A DNA stretch of 64,000 nucleotides. Source: Nitrospirota bacterium. Its GTDB lineage: Bacteria; Nitrospirota; Thermodesulfovibrionia; SZUA-242. Shown here in pieces: positions 27,740-37,849 of the stretch. A program made the translations under genes and the position numbers. The stretch lies in assembly GCA_016212095.1 (NCBI GenBank), contig JACRHH010000024.1, positions 7,482-71,481 of the forward strand, given 5' to 3'. The notes under the pieces are model-generated. The model worked only from the letters and a program-made list of their open reading frames with translations, was not told the origin of the DNA and ran no database searches. How positions within the stretch are numbered: the stretch's first letter is position 1; every line of letters starts with the position of its first letter.

Positions 27740-30352
27740 ATGGACTTCAACAAACTCACACAGAAATCGCAGGAGGCGTTTCAGGCGGCGCAGTCGGCGG
27801 CGGTTCGCATGGGCCATCAGGAGGTGGACGGCGAGCATATCCTGCTTGCGCTTCTTGAGCAGTCCGACGGACTTCTTCCGGGGCTGCTATCCAAAATGGA
27901 CATATCCGCGACGGCGTTCAAGGCCGACGTGGAAGGCGAGCTGAAAAAACGCCCCAGCGTATCGGGCGGCGGTTTCGAAAGCGGCAAGATATTTATCACC
28001 GCCCGCGTTCAGGCCATCGTGGACAGGGCGGAAAAAGAGGCGCAGCGCCTCAAGGACGAATACGTTTCGGTGGAGCACCTCGCGCTTGCGCTGATCGAAG
28101 AGGGCGGCTCCATGCCGGCGGGCAAAATCTTCGCCCGCTTCGCAATTACGCGAGACAAGTTTCTTTCGGCGCTCACGAAGGTTCGCGGGCATCAGCGCGT
28201 GACAAGCGCCACGCCAGAAACCGCCTACGAGGCGCTTCAAAAATACGGCGTCGATCTTGTGGATCAGGCGCGGCGCGGCAGGATCGATCCAGTTATCGGG
28301 CGCGACGCCGAAATCCGGCGCGTCATCCGCATCCTTTCGCGCAAAACCAAGAACAATCCGGTGCTTATCGGCGAGCCGGGCGTGGGGAAAACCGCCATTG
28401 TTGAAGGGCTTGCCCGGCGAATCGTAAACGGCGACGTGCCGGAATGGCTGAAAGAGCGCTCGGTCTTCTCGCTCGACATGGGCGCGCTGATGGCGGGCGC
28501 GAAATACCGGGGCGAGTTCGAGGAACGCCTCAAGGCTGTGCTTAACGAGATAAAGCAGAGCGAGGGTAAAATACTTTTATTTATTGACGAGTTGCACACG
28601 ATTGTGGGCGCGGGCAAAACCGAGGGCTCAACCGACGCCGGTAACATGCTGAAACCGATGCTCGCGCGTGGGGAACTTCACTGCATCGGCGCGACCACGC
28701 TCGATGAATACCGCAAGCATATCGAAAAGGACGCCGCGCTTGAGCGCCGCTTCCAGCCGGTGGTGGTTGACGCGCCCACGGTTGAAGACACAATCTCGAT
28801 ACTTCGCGGCCTGAAAGAACGCTTCGAGGTTTTCCACGGCGTGAAGATTCAGGACAACGCCATTGTAGGCGCGGCGGTTCTTTCGCACCGCTACATAACA
28901 GACCGATTCCTGCCGGACAAGGCGATCGATCTGGTTGACGAGGCCTGCGCCATGATCCGCACCGAGATCGACTCGATGCCTGCCGAACTTGATGAAACCA
29001 CGCGGCGCGTGATGCAGCTTGAGATCGAGGAGGCGGCGCTGAAGAAGGAGACGGACAGGGCGAGCGTCGAGCGGCTTGAGGCGCTTCGCCGCGAACTTGC
29101 CGACCTTAAGAGTGAATCGGCCTCGATGAAGGCCAGGTGGGACGCCGAAAAACAGGCAATAGGCAAAGTGCGCGCGCTTCGGGAAGAGATCGAGCGGGTG
29201 CGCGGCGAGGTGGAGCAGGCCGAACGCGCCTACGACCTGAACCGCGCCGCCGAGCTGAAACACGGCAGGCTGCCCGATCTTGAGAAGCGGCTCAAGGCCG
29301 AGGAGACAACCCTTGCGGAACGGCAGGGCGAATGCCGATTGCTGCGCGAGGAAGTTACCGAGGACGAAATCGCCGAGATCGTTTCGCGCTGGACAGGCAT
29401 TCCGGTGACAAGGCTGGTTGAGGGCGAGCGCGAAAAGCTTCTGCGCCTCGATGAAATCCTTCACAAGCGAGTGATTGGGCAGAACGAGGCGGTTAATCTT
29501 GTTGCCGACGCCGTTATCCGCGCGCGGGCCGGAATTAAAGACCCGCGCCGCCCGATCGGCTCGTTCATATTCCTTGGGCCAACCGGCGTCGGGAAGACCG
29601 AGCTTGCCAAAACCCTTGCCGAGGCGCTCTTCGACACCGAGGAAAACATCGTCCGCATCGACATGAGCGAGTACATGGAACGGCATACAGTTTCGCGCCT
29701 GATCGGCGCGCCTCCGGGCTATATCGGCTACGAGGAAGGCGGCCAGCTTACAGAAGCCGTGCGGCGCAAGCCGTATTCGGTTGTGCTCTTTGACGAGATA
29801 GAAAAGGCGCACAACGATGTGTTTAACGTGCTTTTACAGATACTTGACGACGGCAGGCTTACCGATTCGCAGGGCCGCACGGTGAATTTCAAGAACACCG
29901 TGATAATCATGACCAGCAATATCGGCTCGCAGTATCTGCTTGAAGGCGTCACCTCCGGCGGCGAGATAGCCGAACGCGCCCGCGCAGAGGTGATGCGCGA
30001 GATGCGGCATCAGTTCAGGCCCGAATTTCTAAACCGCGTGGACGACATCGTGCTTTTCAAGCCGCTGATGCTGGAGGAAATCAAGCGGATTGTCGATTTG
30101 CTCACAGCCGATCTGCGAAAAAGGCTTGCCGACCGGAACATCGGCATAGAGCTAACCGACGCCGCGCGCGAATTCGCGGCGCGTCAGGGCTTCGATCCGG
30201 TTTACGGCGCAAGGCCGCTAAAGCGATTCTTGCAGCACGAACTTGAAACGCGCATAGGGCGGCGGCTTATAGCGGGCGATGTGGCGGAGGGATCGGTTAT
30301 CACGGTGGACGCGGGTGAAGAGGGTTTGAAGATCGGGGTGAAAACAACGTAG
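27740..30352 (+). CDS. clpB: Chaperone ClpB
   Basis: Two AAA+ modules ([16 protein letters not shown]), coiled-coil M domain, DAALERRFQ. Confidence 0.97.
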   Translation: MDFNKLTQKSQEAFQAAQSAAVRMGHQEVDGEHILLALLEQSDGLLPGLLSKMDISATAFKADVEGELKKRPSVSGGGFESGKIFITARVQAIVDRAEKEAQRLKDEYVSVEHLALALIEEGGSMPAGKIFARFAITRDKFLSALTKVRGHQRVTSATPETAYEALQKYGVDLVDQARRGRIDPVIGRDAEIRRVIRILSRKTKNNPVLIGEPGVGKTAIVEGLARRIVNGDVPEWLKERSVFSLDMGALMAGAKYRGEFEERLKAVLNEIKQSEGKILLFIDELHTIVGAGKTEGSTDAGNMLKPMLARGELHCIGATTLDEYRKHIEKDAALERRFQPVVVDAPTVEDTISILRGLKERFEVFHGVKIQDNAIVGAAVLSHRYITDRFLPDKAIDLVDEACAMIRTEIDSMPAELDETTRRVMQLEIEEAALKKETDRASVERLEALRRELADLKSESASMKARWDAEKQAIGKVRALREEIERVRGEVEQAERAYDLNRAAELKHGRLPDLEKRLKAEETTLAERQGECRLLREEVTEDEIAEIVSRWTGIPVTRLVEGEREKLLRLDEILHKRVIGQNEAVNLVADAVIRARAGIKDPRRPIGSFIFLGPTGVGKTELAKTLAEALFDTEENIVRIDMSEYMERHTVSRLIGAPPGYIGYEEGGQLTEAVRRKPYSVVLFDEIEKAHNDVFNVLLQILDDGRLTDSQGRTVNFKNTVIIMTSNIGSQYLLEGVTSGGEIAERARAEVMREMRHQFRPEFLNRVDDIVLFKPLMLEEIKRIVDLLTADLRKRLADRNIGIELTDAAREFAARQGFDPVYGARPLKRFLQHELETRIGRRLIAGDVAEGSVITVDAGEEGLKIGVKTT

Positions 30353-30457
30353 CAGGCTTGGCCTTGCCGCCCGGTTATCTGGTCGGGATGCGCGGCAAGG
30401 CGCGTCCGGAAATATTCGCCGTGAAAACAACGTGGCAGGCTTGGCCTTGCCGCCCGG
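30338..30457 (+). repeat. 37-bp direct repeat duplicating the clpB 3' end
   Basis: GTGAAAACAACGT(A/G)GCAGGCTTGGCCTTGCCGCCCGG at 30338 and 30421. Confidence 0.85.
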
Positions 30458-30560
30458 CCCTGGCCTCCGGCAAGCAACGCCGCAACATCTGATATAATTC
30501 CTGACGCGAATTTTGGCGCGGTCAGATGATGAATTGATGAATATCGGAGGTTAGGCAGCT

Positions 30561-31481
30561 ATGAGGACGAAGATTACGGTGGTCGGGGCCGGAAACGTTG
30601 GAGCGACGACAGCGGAGCTTGCGGCGCGAAAGGGGCTTGGCGACGTCGTCCTTGTGGATATCATGGACGGCGTGCCGCAGGGCAAGGCGCTGGACATGAC
30701 GCAGGCCTGCCCCATATGGGATTCATCCGCGCGCGTGACAGGAACAAACGGATACGAGGCGACAGCCGATTCCTCTGTGGTGATAGTGACCGCCGGACTT
30801 GCCAGAAAGCCGGGCATGAGCCGCGACGATCTGCTGAAGGCTAACGCCGCCATAGTGGGCGGAGTGGCCCGCGAGATAGCCAAATGGTCGCCCGACGCGG
30901 TTGTCATCGTGGTAAGCAACCCGATGGATGTGATGGCGCAGCTCACGAGGCGCGAAACCGGATTTCAGGCCGAGCGGGTTATCGGCATGGGCGGCGTGCT
31001 CGATTCCGCCCGATTCCGCGCCTTCGTGGCTATGGAGCTTGGGGTTTCGATGCGCGACGTTACCGCGCTTGTGATGGGCGGCCACGGCGATTCGATGGTT
31101 CCGCTTCCGCGATACACGTCGGTTGCCGGAATTCCGATAACCGAACTGATGCCGCCGGAACGCGTGAACGCGCTCATCGAGCGGACGCGAACCGGCGGGG
31201 CCGAGATCGTGGGGCTGCTTAAAACCGGAAGCGCCTACTACGCGCCAGCCGCCGCAGCCATCGAGATGGCCGAGGCCGTATTGCTCGATGAAAAGCGCGT
31301 GCTTCCATGCTCCGCCTATCTTGACGGCGAATACGGCGTCTCAGGCGTCTATTCCGGCGTGCCGACGAAGCTCGGAGCCGCGGGTGTTGAGGGCATAATC
31401 GAGCTCAAGCTCACCGACAGCGAGATTGATGCGTTCAAGGCGTCCGCCGAAACCGTGCGCGCCATGTTCGCAACGCTTTAG
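30561..31481 (+). CDS. mdh: Malate dehydrogenase (LDH-like)
   Basis: [38 protein letters not shown]. Confidence 0.95.
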   Translation: MRTKITVVGAGNVGATTAELAARKGLGDVVLVDIMDGVPQGKALDMTQACPIWDSSARVTGTNGYEATADSSVVIVTAGLARKPGMSRDDLLKANAAIVGGVAREIAKWSPDAVVIVVSNPMDVMAQLTRRETGFQAERVIGMGGVLDSARFRAFVAMELGVSMRDVTALVMGGHGDSMVPLPRYTSVAGIPITELMPPERVNALIERTRTGGAEIVGLLKTGSAYYAPAAAAIEMAEAVLLDEKRVLPCSAYLDGEYGVSGVYSGVPTKLGAAGVEGIIELKLTDSEIDAFKASAETVRAMFATL

Positions 31482-31501
31482 CCAAAGGTTATTAGTGCGC
31501 G

Positions 31502-32092
31502 ATGAAAAAAATCCTCGTTGCAACGCGCAATGAAAACAAGGTTCGGGAAATCCGCGCGATTCTGGGCGACGGATTTGAGCTAGTTCCGCTTCCGCCCGAA
31601 GCCCCCGACGTGGTTGAGGACGGCGCGACGTTTCTTGATAATGCGCTTAAAAAAGCACGCGAGTATTCGCGGTATTCGCATCTTCCCGCCATCGCCGAGG
31701 ATTCCGGCCTTGAGGTTGAGGCGCTGGGCGGCGCGCCCGGAGTTTATTCCGCCCGCTACGCCGGAGAAAACGCCGGAACGGCAGAAAACAACCGCCTCCT
31801 GCTCGACCGCCTCTCCGGCGTTCCAGCAGAGCGGCGCGGCGCAAGGTTCGTCTGCACGCTTGTTTATATCAATGGCGGCGAGGAGCATGTTTTCGAGGGC
31901 GAGGTCAAGGGCCACATCGCCAATGCCGGAGCCGGACGAACCGGCTTCGGCTACGATCCGCTTTTCATTCCCGACGGTTACGACAAACCGTTTGCCGAAA
32001 TGACGATTGAAGTCAAAAACTCCATAAGTCATCGATATAACGCGCTTAAAAAACTTGCCGCATATCTTGCGACGCTCCCAGGCCGTGCCTGA
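31502..32092 (+). CDS. rdgB: RdgB/HAM1 non-canonical purine NTP pyrophosphatase
   Basis: ATRNENK, DSGLEV, GAPGVYSARYAG, GFGYDP, KNSISHR. Confidence 0.95.
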   Translation: MKKILVATRNENKVREIRAILGDGFELVPLPPEAPDVVEDGATFLDNALKKAREYSRYSHLPAIAEDSGLEVEALGGAPGVYSARYAGENAGTAENNRLLLDRLSGVPAERRGARFVCTLVYINGGEEHVFEGEVKGHIANAGAGRTGFGYDPLFIPDGYDKPFAEMTIEVKNSISHRYNALKKLAAYLATLPGRA

Positions 32093-32120
32093 TTTCTAAT
32101 CCTGCCCATCCTGTTAATCC

Positions 32121-33530
32121 ATGAAATCGTGTTCAGATCCGCTCTTGGCCGCCGTATCGGGCGCGATGCGCGGTTTCGCGGCGGCTGACTGCGGCGTGCT
32201 TGCCGCATTTTCCGGCGGCCCGGATTCCACAGCGCTGCTTTCGGCCCTTTCGGAGCTTTCCGGCGTTTTGAACCTGCGCCTTCACGCAACTTATGTTGAC
32301 CACGGACTGCGGAGCAGTGAAGAGATAGCGCGGGAGCGGAAATTCTGCGCCGATGCAGCCGCCGCGCTCGGCGCCGGTTTCTCGGCTGTTTCCATTGATG
32401 TGCGCGGAAGCGGCAAAGGCGAAAACATTCACGCCACGGCCCGGCGGCTGCGGTACGACGCGCTTTTTTCCGAGGCCGACCGTCTCGGCATCGAGTTCGT
32501 CGCAACCGCGCATAATGCCGACGATCAGGCCGAAACCGTGCTGATGCGCCTGATTCGGGGCGCGGGGCTTCAGGGCCTCTCCGGCATTCCGGCGCGGCGC
32601 GGCCATGGCCAATACGGACAAATCATCAGGCCGCTTCTTGCGGTTTCGCGCGCCGAAATCGAGGCGTATCTAGGCAGGCGCTCGCTTGGGCATGTCATCG
32701 ACAGCTCGAACCTCAAAACCGATTATTTCAGAAACCGCCTCCGCCTTGAGATTATGCCGCTTCTGGAATCGTGCAATCCGTCGCTGAAGCGCGGCCTTGC
32801 CAGAACTGCCGAACTGCTTGCGGACGAGAACAGGTTCATCGAGCGCATGGCCGATGTTGCGTTCACAAGAAACCCGCCCGCTGTAAAAGGCGGCTCAGTT
32901 GCATGGCGAGCCGACGTGTTTAACTCTGAAGACCGGGCCGTCAGGCGGCGGCTTCTGCGGCGTTTTGCTTCGATGAGTGCCGGAAACGGTTATGGAATCG
33001 AGTACCGGCATGTCGAAGACGCGCTTGACGCAATGGAAGCCGGAAAGTCGCCGGAACTTCCGGGCGGATTACGAGTGAGGCTGGAGCATGGCGGTTATCG
33101 TATATTCCGGCCTGAGCCGGTGAGCGGCATTCCGGAAACCGCGCTCGACGTGCCGGGAATTGCAATGCTTCCGGACGGCGGGAAGATCGAGACTTTTCCA
33201 TGCGACGGCCCGGAAGCCGGACAGGGTGACGTAACGACTGAAATATTCGTGCCGCTCAGCCTTCTCCAGCCGCCGCTTACGGTGCGTTCCCGGAAGGCCG
33301 GCGACCGTTTTCAGCCCGCCGGAATGGGAGGCAGATCGAAGAAATTGCAGGATTTTCTGCTGGATTCGAAGATACCGGCTTCCTTGCGGGACGGCATTCC
33401 GATAGTTGCAAGCGGCGGGCGGATTGTTTGGGTGGCGGGCTTCAGGATGGACGAGCGGTTTACGGCAAAAACCGGCAACGGGCCGGGCCGGACAATGGTA
33501 AAAATTCTATATCAATCTCACGGAGATTAA
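32121..33530 (+). CDS. tilS: tRNA(Ile)-lysidine synthase
   Basis: SGGPDS, DHGLR, AHNADDQAET, IIRPLL, RNRLR, KKLQDF. Confidence 0.95.
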   Translation: MKSCSDPLLAAVSGAMRGFAAADCGVLAAFSGGPDSTALLSALSELSGVLNLRLHATYVDHGLRSSEEIARERKFCADAAAALGAGFSAVSIDVRGSGKGENIHATARRLRYDALFSEADRLGIEFVATAHNADDQAETVLMRLIRGAGLQGLSGIPARRGHGQYGQIIRPLLAVSRAEIEAYLGRRSLGHVIDSSNLKTDYFRNRLRLEIMPLLESCNPSLKRGLARTAELLADENRFIERMADVAFTRNPPAVKGGSVAWRADVFNSEDRAVRRRLLRRFASMSAGNGYGIEYRHVEDALDAMEAGKSPELPGGLRVRLEHGGYRIFRPEPVSGIPETALDVPGIAMLPDGGKIETFPCDGPEAGQGDVTTEIFVPLSLLQPPLTVRSRKAGDRFQPAGMGGRSKKLQDFLLDSKIPASLRDGIPIVASGGRIVWVAGFRMDERFTAKTGNGPGRTMVKILYQSHGD

Positions 33531-33533
33531 TGC

Positions 33534-34508
33534 ATGACGGTTTGCGAGCGATTCAATTCCATGAACAACAGCCATCTTCTTGCCGACGCGATAACAACGC
33601 TACAGGTCAACGTGGGCTACAAGTGCAACATGTCCTGCTCGCATTGCCATCTGGCTTGCGGGCCGGGCCGCACGGAGTCGATGAGCGTGGATGTGGCGGA
33701 GGCGGTGCTGCGGGTTCTGGCGGAGAACGAGGCGATTGATACCCTCGACATAACCGGCGGCGCGCCTGAGCTGAACCCGAACTTCCGCCTGCTTGTGGAG
33801 GGAGCGTGTGAAGCAGGAAAGCATGTTATAGCCAGAACGAACCTGACCGTGTTTTTCGAGGACGGCATGAATTTTTCGCCGGATTCTCTGGCCGATTTTC
33901 TGGCCGCGCACGGCGTCGAGATTACCGCATCGCTTCCCTGCTATCTTGAAGCGAACGTGGACGCCGCACGCGGACACGGGGCATACGGGAAAAGCATCCG
34001 CGCCCTGCAGATGCTGAACGAGCGCGGCTACGGCAGCGGCTCTTCAGGCCTCGTGCTGAACCTTGTCTACAATCCGGCAGGGCCGTTTCTGTCTCCGCCC
34101 GAACGTGCGCTTGAGGGCGATTACAAAAGGGAGCTGAACGCGCGGTTCGGCATTGTTTTTGACCGGTTGTATTCGTTTTCGAACATGCCGGTTGGAAGGT
34201 TCCGCAACCGCCTTGCGTTGAACGGCGAGCTTGAGCGGTACATCGAGCTTCTCCGGAAAGCGTTTAATCCGGCCACTCTCGGCGGGCTTATGTGCAGACG
34301 CATGATCAGCGTTGGCTGGAACGGAACCCTTTACGACTGCGATTTCAATCAGGCTCTGGGAATAGGGCTGGTGGAAGATGTTTCCTGCGGCATTGAAGCG
34401 TTCGACAGAGAGCGTTTACAGACTCGGCGAATCGCCCTGGGCGATCATTGCCACGCATGTACCGCCGGGCAGGGGCTAACCTGCACCGGCGCGATAACGA
34501 TTACATGA
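33534..34508 (+). CDS. arsS: ArsS-family radical SAM protein (Cys-rich C-terminus)
   Basis: LQVNVGYKCNMSCSHCH, DITGGAPE, ASLPCY, YDCDFN, HCHACTAGQG. Confidence 0.8.
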   Translation: MTVCERFNSMNNSHLLADAITTLQVNVGYKCNMSCSHCHLACGPGRTESMSVDVAEAVLRVLAENEAIDTLDITGGAPELNPNFRLLVEGACEAGKHVIARTNLTVFFEDGMNFSPDSLADFLAAHGVEITASLPCYLEANVDAARGHGAYGKSIRALQMLNERGYGSGSSGLVLNLVYNPAGPFLSPPERALEGDYKRELNARFGIVFDRLYSFSNMPVGRFRNRLALNGELERYIELLRKAFNPATLGGLMCRRMISVGWNGTLYDCDFNQALGIGLVEDVSCGIEAFDRERLQTRRIALGDHCHACTAGQGLTCTGAITIT

Positions 34509-34513
34509 AACAT

Positions 34514-34541
34514 GCAGAGACGCATTGCAATGCGTCTCTAC
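34514..34541. repeat. REP-like palindrome (same family as 9106 and 27696)
   Basis: GCAGAGACGCATTGCAATGCGTCTCTAC. Confidence 0.75.
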
Positions 34542-34557
34542 TGCAATCCGTCTCTGC

Positions 34558-34956
34558 TTAAAAAGCCATGGAACGGACGATATGCTTTTCGAGAAAGAGA
34601 TTCAATGCGGCGGATTGATCCTGGCTCAGTTCCCCGAATTGAAGCCCGCAACGCCGCGTATGAACTCCCTGAACAAACATGCTCTGCCCGTATGGAATTG
34701 TGGCGTCATACACGACCTGGCATGGAATCTGTGACAGGTAAAACGCCTCAGGCGTCATAATTATGTCGATTTTTAACTGTTCATGACCGTTAAGCTTGTC
34801 GGTAAAACCGTCGAATTCCAGATATTCGAAGGCAAGTCCGGTATGGCTGATGTCTTTTATCTGCCCAAGCTTGTCGCAATAAGGTTTTAAGAGCGCAAAT
34901 GCCAGATCCTTTGCGGGATACCGTGTACTGCGCCGTTGTTCAGATGTAGTAACCAT
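34558..34956 (-). CDS. PilZ-domain protein
   Basis: RRSTR (RxxxR) and DISHTG (DxSxxG); RBS AAGGAGG. Confidence 0.85.
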   Translation of the reverse strand: MVTTSEQRRSTRYPAKDLAFALLKPYCDKLGQIKDISHTGLAFEYLEFDGFTDKLNGHEQLKIDIIMTPEAFYLSQIPCQVVYDATIPYGQSMFVQGVHTRRCGLQFGELSQDQSAALNLFLEKHIVRSMAF

Positions 34957-35084
34957 ATCGACCCTCCTTGCAACCATTGCCGAGGTGCGGGACAAGATAG
35001 CCAGTCCTCTCAACAATATGATGACGACTAAAAGTTTCCCTCAGTGCTAAAGTCACAATTACCAGAATTAAATGTTATTTATTT

Positions 35085-35100
35085 AGCAAATGACATGCCA
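35085..35100 (-). promoter_or_regulatory. Sigma54 promoter upstream of PilZ gene
   Basis: Minus strand TGGCAT-GTCAT-TTGCT, near consensus. Confidence 0.75.
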
Positions 35101-35454
35101 GTGCAATGTCAAGCTGTTAAAACAAGTAGTTATGCAGCAGCCTGCGGATTGTATCAGACTGTAATGTAAATTATTCCGACACGTTAATCATGTCGGGCAT
35201 TGCCATTCAAATCGATGACGTTTGTCGCTAACTGTTGACCAATCCATCAGAATTTACCATTATTGCCCTCCGGGCTGAATAAACTACTGGAAACACCAGC
35301 TCAGGCAATACTTGTGATCTGAAACGACGTGGCATTGCATGAGGAGCATGTAAGATATTCCGACACAAGCATTCTGATCGTATGATCCAAACGCCGCTTC
35401 CCGCCAATGAAAGGCGGGAAGCGGCGTTTGGATTGGGCGGTTTGCGAACCTCCC

Positions 35455-37839
35455 CTACTTGTTTTCGACCATCTCCCAGATGCCGCACGGACAGATGCCA
35501 GCGCAAAATCCGCAGCCGATGCACTTGTCGGCGTCAACCACATACTCGAACGCGCCGTCCTTGCCCTCCACGCGGCTTATCGCGCCCCAATAGCAAGTTA
35601 CCTCGCACATGTGACAGTCGCGGCACGAGCCGCACGACATGCACTTGTTCGCCTCGGTAACCGCCGAGAACTCGCCTATGCGGCAGACGTCGTAGTAGGC
35701 TGTCCTGATCTTCTCATACGAAATGACGTCCTTCACCTCGGAGAGATAATCGAAGTTCATCAGCATCGAATGGATCTTGTCCGCCGAGATGCGCCCCGCG
35801 CCGATTGCGTGCGTCACGAGGCCGGGCCTCGTCACGTCGCCTATCGCGAAGACCTTCGGATCGGACGTCTGGCCGGTTTCGTCAACTGTAACGTAGCCGC
35901 GCCCGGTCTGGATGTCGGCGGGCAGGAAATCGATCACCGGTGTTTCGCCGATCGAGATGATCACGTTGTCAGCCGGAAGCGACGAGCCGTCCTTGAAGAT
36001 GATTTTCTTCTTCTTTTTGTCGAACCTCTCGGTGAACTTCGGATAGAGAATCTGCGTTCCCTTGGCGGTGGCCGACTCCATCTCCTTGCCGAATGCCGCC
36101 GGAGCCTGAATATCCACAGCCGTAACGGACTTCGCGCCAAGGCTCCAGGCTTCGCAGGCTATGTCCATGCCCACGTTGCCGGCGCCGATCACAACCACGT
36201 TCTGGCCCTTGAGCTTCATCGGGCTTCCGGCGTTGATCTCCTTCAGGAAATCTATTCCGGCAATCACGTCCTCGTGGCCGTCAAACGGAATGACGCGCGG
36301 CCTGTGAGCGCCCACGGCAACCACAACCACGTCGTGATCCTTGTAGATTTTGTCGAATTTCTTTTTATCCACAGGATGATTGGCGTACACTTTCACGCCC
36401 ATCTCTGCGAAACGCGATATCTCCTTGTCGAGCACCTCAGCGGGCAGACGCTCGCGCGGAATGCACATCTCTATTTTTCCGCCGATTTTCTTGCCGGCCT
36501 CGTAGAGGTCGATTTCATGGCCTTTCAACGCCAGTTGCCACGCCGCCGAAAGTCCGCCCGGCCCGCCGCCGATAACCGCGATCTTCCTGCCGGTGGCTTT
36601 TGCCTTCTTCGGAGCCGGAATTTCGAGGCTCAGGTTGCCGAGGCTTTTTATGTCGAGCGGCTTGTCGAACCTGCCGCGCGTGCATGCGTCCATGCAGATG
36701 TTCGGGCATATCTGGCCGCAGACGGTTGCCGGAAACGGGCTGTACTGAAGCACGAGCGCAAGCGCGTCTTCCATGCGGTTCTGGCGGATGAGGCTCAGAC
36801 GCTTGTGAGAAGGAATATGCGAAGGACATGTTCCGGCGCACGGCGGCTGATACTTCTCGTTGTTCCAGACAGGCCGGTTTCTGCGGTCGCCGCCGGTGGT
36901 GATGTACGGCAGCACCGAGCGCGGATGGTCGAGATACTCGCCGAATATGCCGCCCTTGCCGACATCGGCCTCCCACGTTTTCATGCGGAAGGTTTCAATC
37001 GACGGCTTGCCGCCCCCCTTCTTCGCCGCCTTCTCGGCAGGCGTGTAGGCCACCAGTTTTTTCCATTCGCTCCTGTCGCGTGTGAGCTCCGCCTCGTAAG
37101 AGTCGCGCTGAATCGCCTTCAGGTATGGCTTCATGTTTTCGGTGAGCCACTCCCAGTCGGCGTCGGAAAGCTCCGAAAGCTTCACGTCGCCCGCGCTGTA
37201 GCCCTGAATCGGCCCGCGAAAATATATCGTGCCGCCCACCATGCCCACGCATGGCCTGTATCCAAGGATATTGTCCGGATTGCGCGGGTGTACGCCGCAT
37301 ACAACCGCTATTCCGCCCGCCTTGAATTCGGCGAACGAGTCGCCAACGTCGCGGAAATACCACGACTGAAGCGGCTCGAAACGGGGGTTGCGCTTGGTCA
37401 TCGTCTCGCAGCGCGCGCCGCCTCCGCCCTGAACGTACAGGATTCCCTGAGCGCCCGCGTTATGCGCGCCGTTGGTCACGTCGCCAAGCACCGTGATCTT
37501 CGCGCCGCAGTTTATCCACCCCACGTCGTCGGAGGCGTTTCCATGCACCACAATCTCGGTTCCGTCCATGCCCATGCAGCCAAGGCGCTGTCCGGCAGGG
37601 CCGTTTACCGTGATGCGAACCGCCTCGCCGCGCGGCCAGATTCGTCCGCCAATTCCGTGCTGCCCCTGCGCGATTACAGAAAGCTCGCGCGCACCGGCGG
37701 CAACAGCCGCCTGAATGCGCTCTTCCAGTACACGCGATTGAACGCGCTCGCCGCCGATATTCCCCTCTATAATCAAGGCGTTGCCGGATTTTACCGTTGA
37801 TCTGCCCGACTTTTTCACTGTTTTCTTTGAAGCCGCCAT
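35455..37839 (-). CDS. Glutamate synthase subunit: GXGXG domain fused to GltD-like FAD/NAD(P) oxidoreductase and ferredoxin
   Basis: GQHGIGG, GQRLG, PPCAGTCP, CGQICPNIC, GGGPGG, GAGNVGMD, CIGCGFCAGICP. Confidence 0.85.
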   Translation of the reverse strand: MAASKKTVKKSGRSTVKSGNALIIEGNIGGERVQSRVLEERIQAAVAAGARELSVIAQGQHGIGGRIWPRGEAVRITVNGPAGQRLGCMGMDGTEIVVHGNASDDVGWINCGAKITVLGDVTNGAHNAGAQGILYVQGGGGARCETMTKRNPRFEPLQSWYFRDVGDSFAEFKAGGIAVVCGVHPRNPDNILGYRPCVGMVGGTIYFRGPIQGYSAGDVKLSELSDADWEWLTENMKPYLKAIQRDSYEAELTRDRSEWKKLVAYTPAEKAAKKGGGKPSIETFRMKTWEADVGKGGIFGEYLDHPRSVLPYITTGGDRRNRPVWNNEKYQPPCAGTCPSHIPSHKRLSLIRQNRMEDALALVLQYSPFPATVCGQICPNICMDACTRGRFDKPLDIKSLGNLSLEIPAPKKAKATGRKIAVIGGGPGGLSAAWQLALKGHEIDLYEAGKKIGGKIEMCIPRERLPAEVLDKEISRFAEMGVKVYANHPVDKKKFDKIYKDHDVVVVAVGAHRPRVIPFDGHEDVIAGIDFLKEINAGSPMKLKGQNVVVIGAGNVGMDIACEAWSLGAKSVTAVDIQAPAAFGKEMESATAKGTQILYPKFTERFDKKKKKIIFKDGSSLPADNVIISIGETPVIDFLPADIQTGRGYVTVDETGQTSDPKVFAIGDVTRPGLVTHAIGAGRISADKIHSMLMNFDYLSEVKDVISYEKIRTAYYDVCRIGEFSAVTEANKCMSCGSCRDCHMCEVTCYWGAISRVEGKDGAFEYVVDADKCIGCGFCAGICPCGIWEMVENK

Positions 37840-37849
37840 ATTCTTGCTC

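Noticed and set aside
34506..34541. Sec readthrough of the arsS TGA using the downstream hairpin
   Set aside because: The TGA follows the complete C-terminal motif and the hairpin is a REP-family copy found elsewhere
35301..35372. Tiny CxxC ORF MLVSEYLTCSSCNATSFQITSIA
   Set aside because: Too short, no clear RBS and no recognisable family
35407..37800. 797-aa plus-strand ORF and other long antisense ORFs (9780..11504, 11770..13455, 42180..43718, 58885..60348)
   Set aside because: Shadow ORFs opposite well-supported genes in GC-rich DNA, with no recognisable motifs
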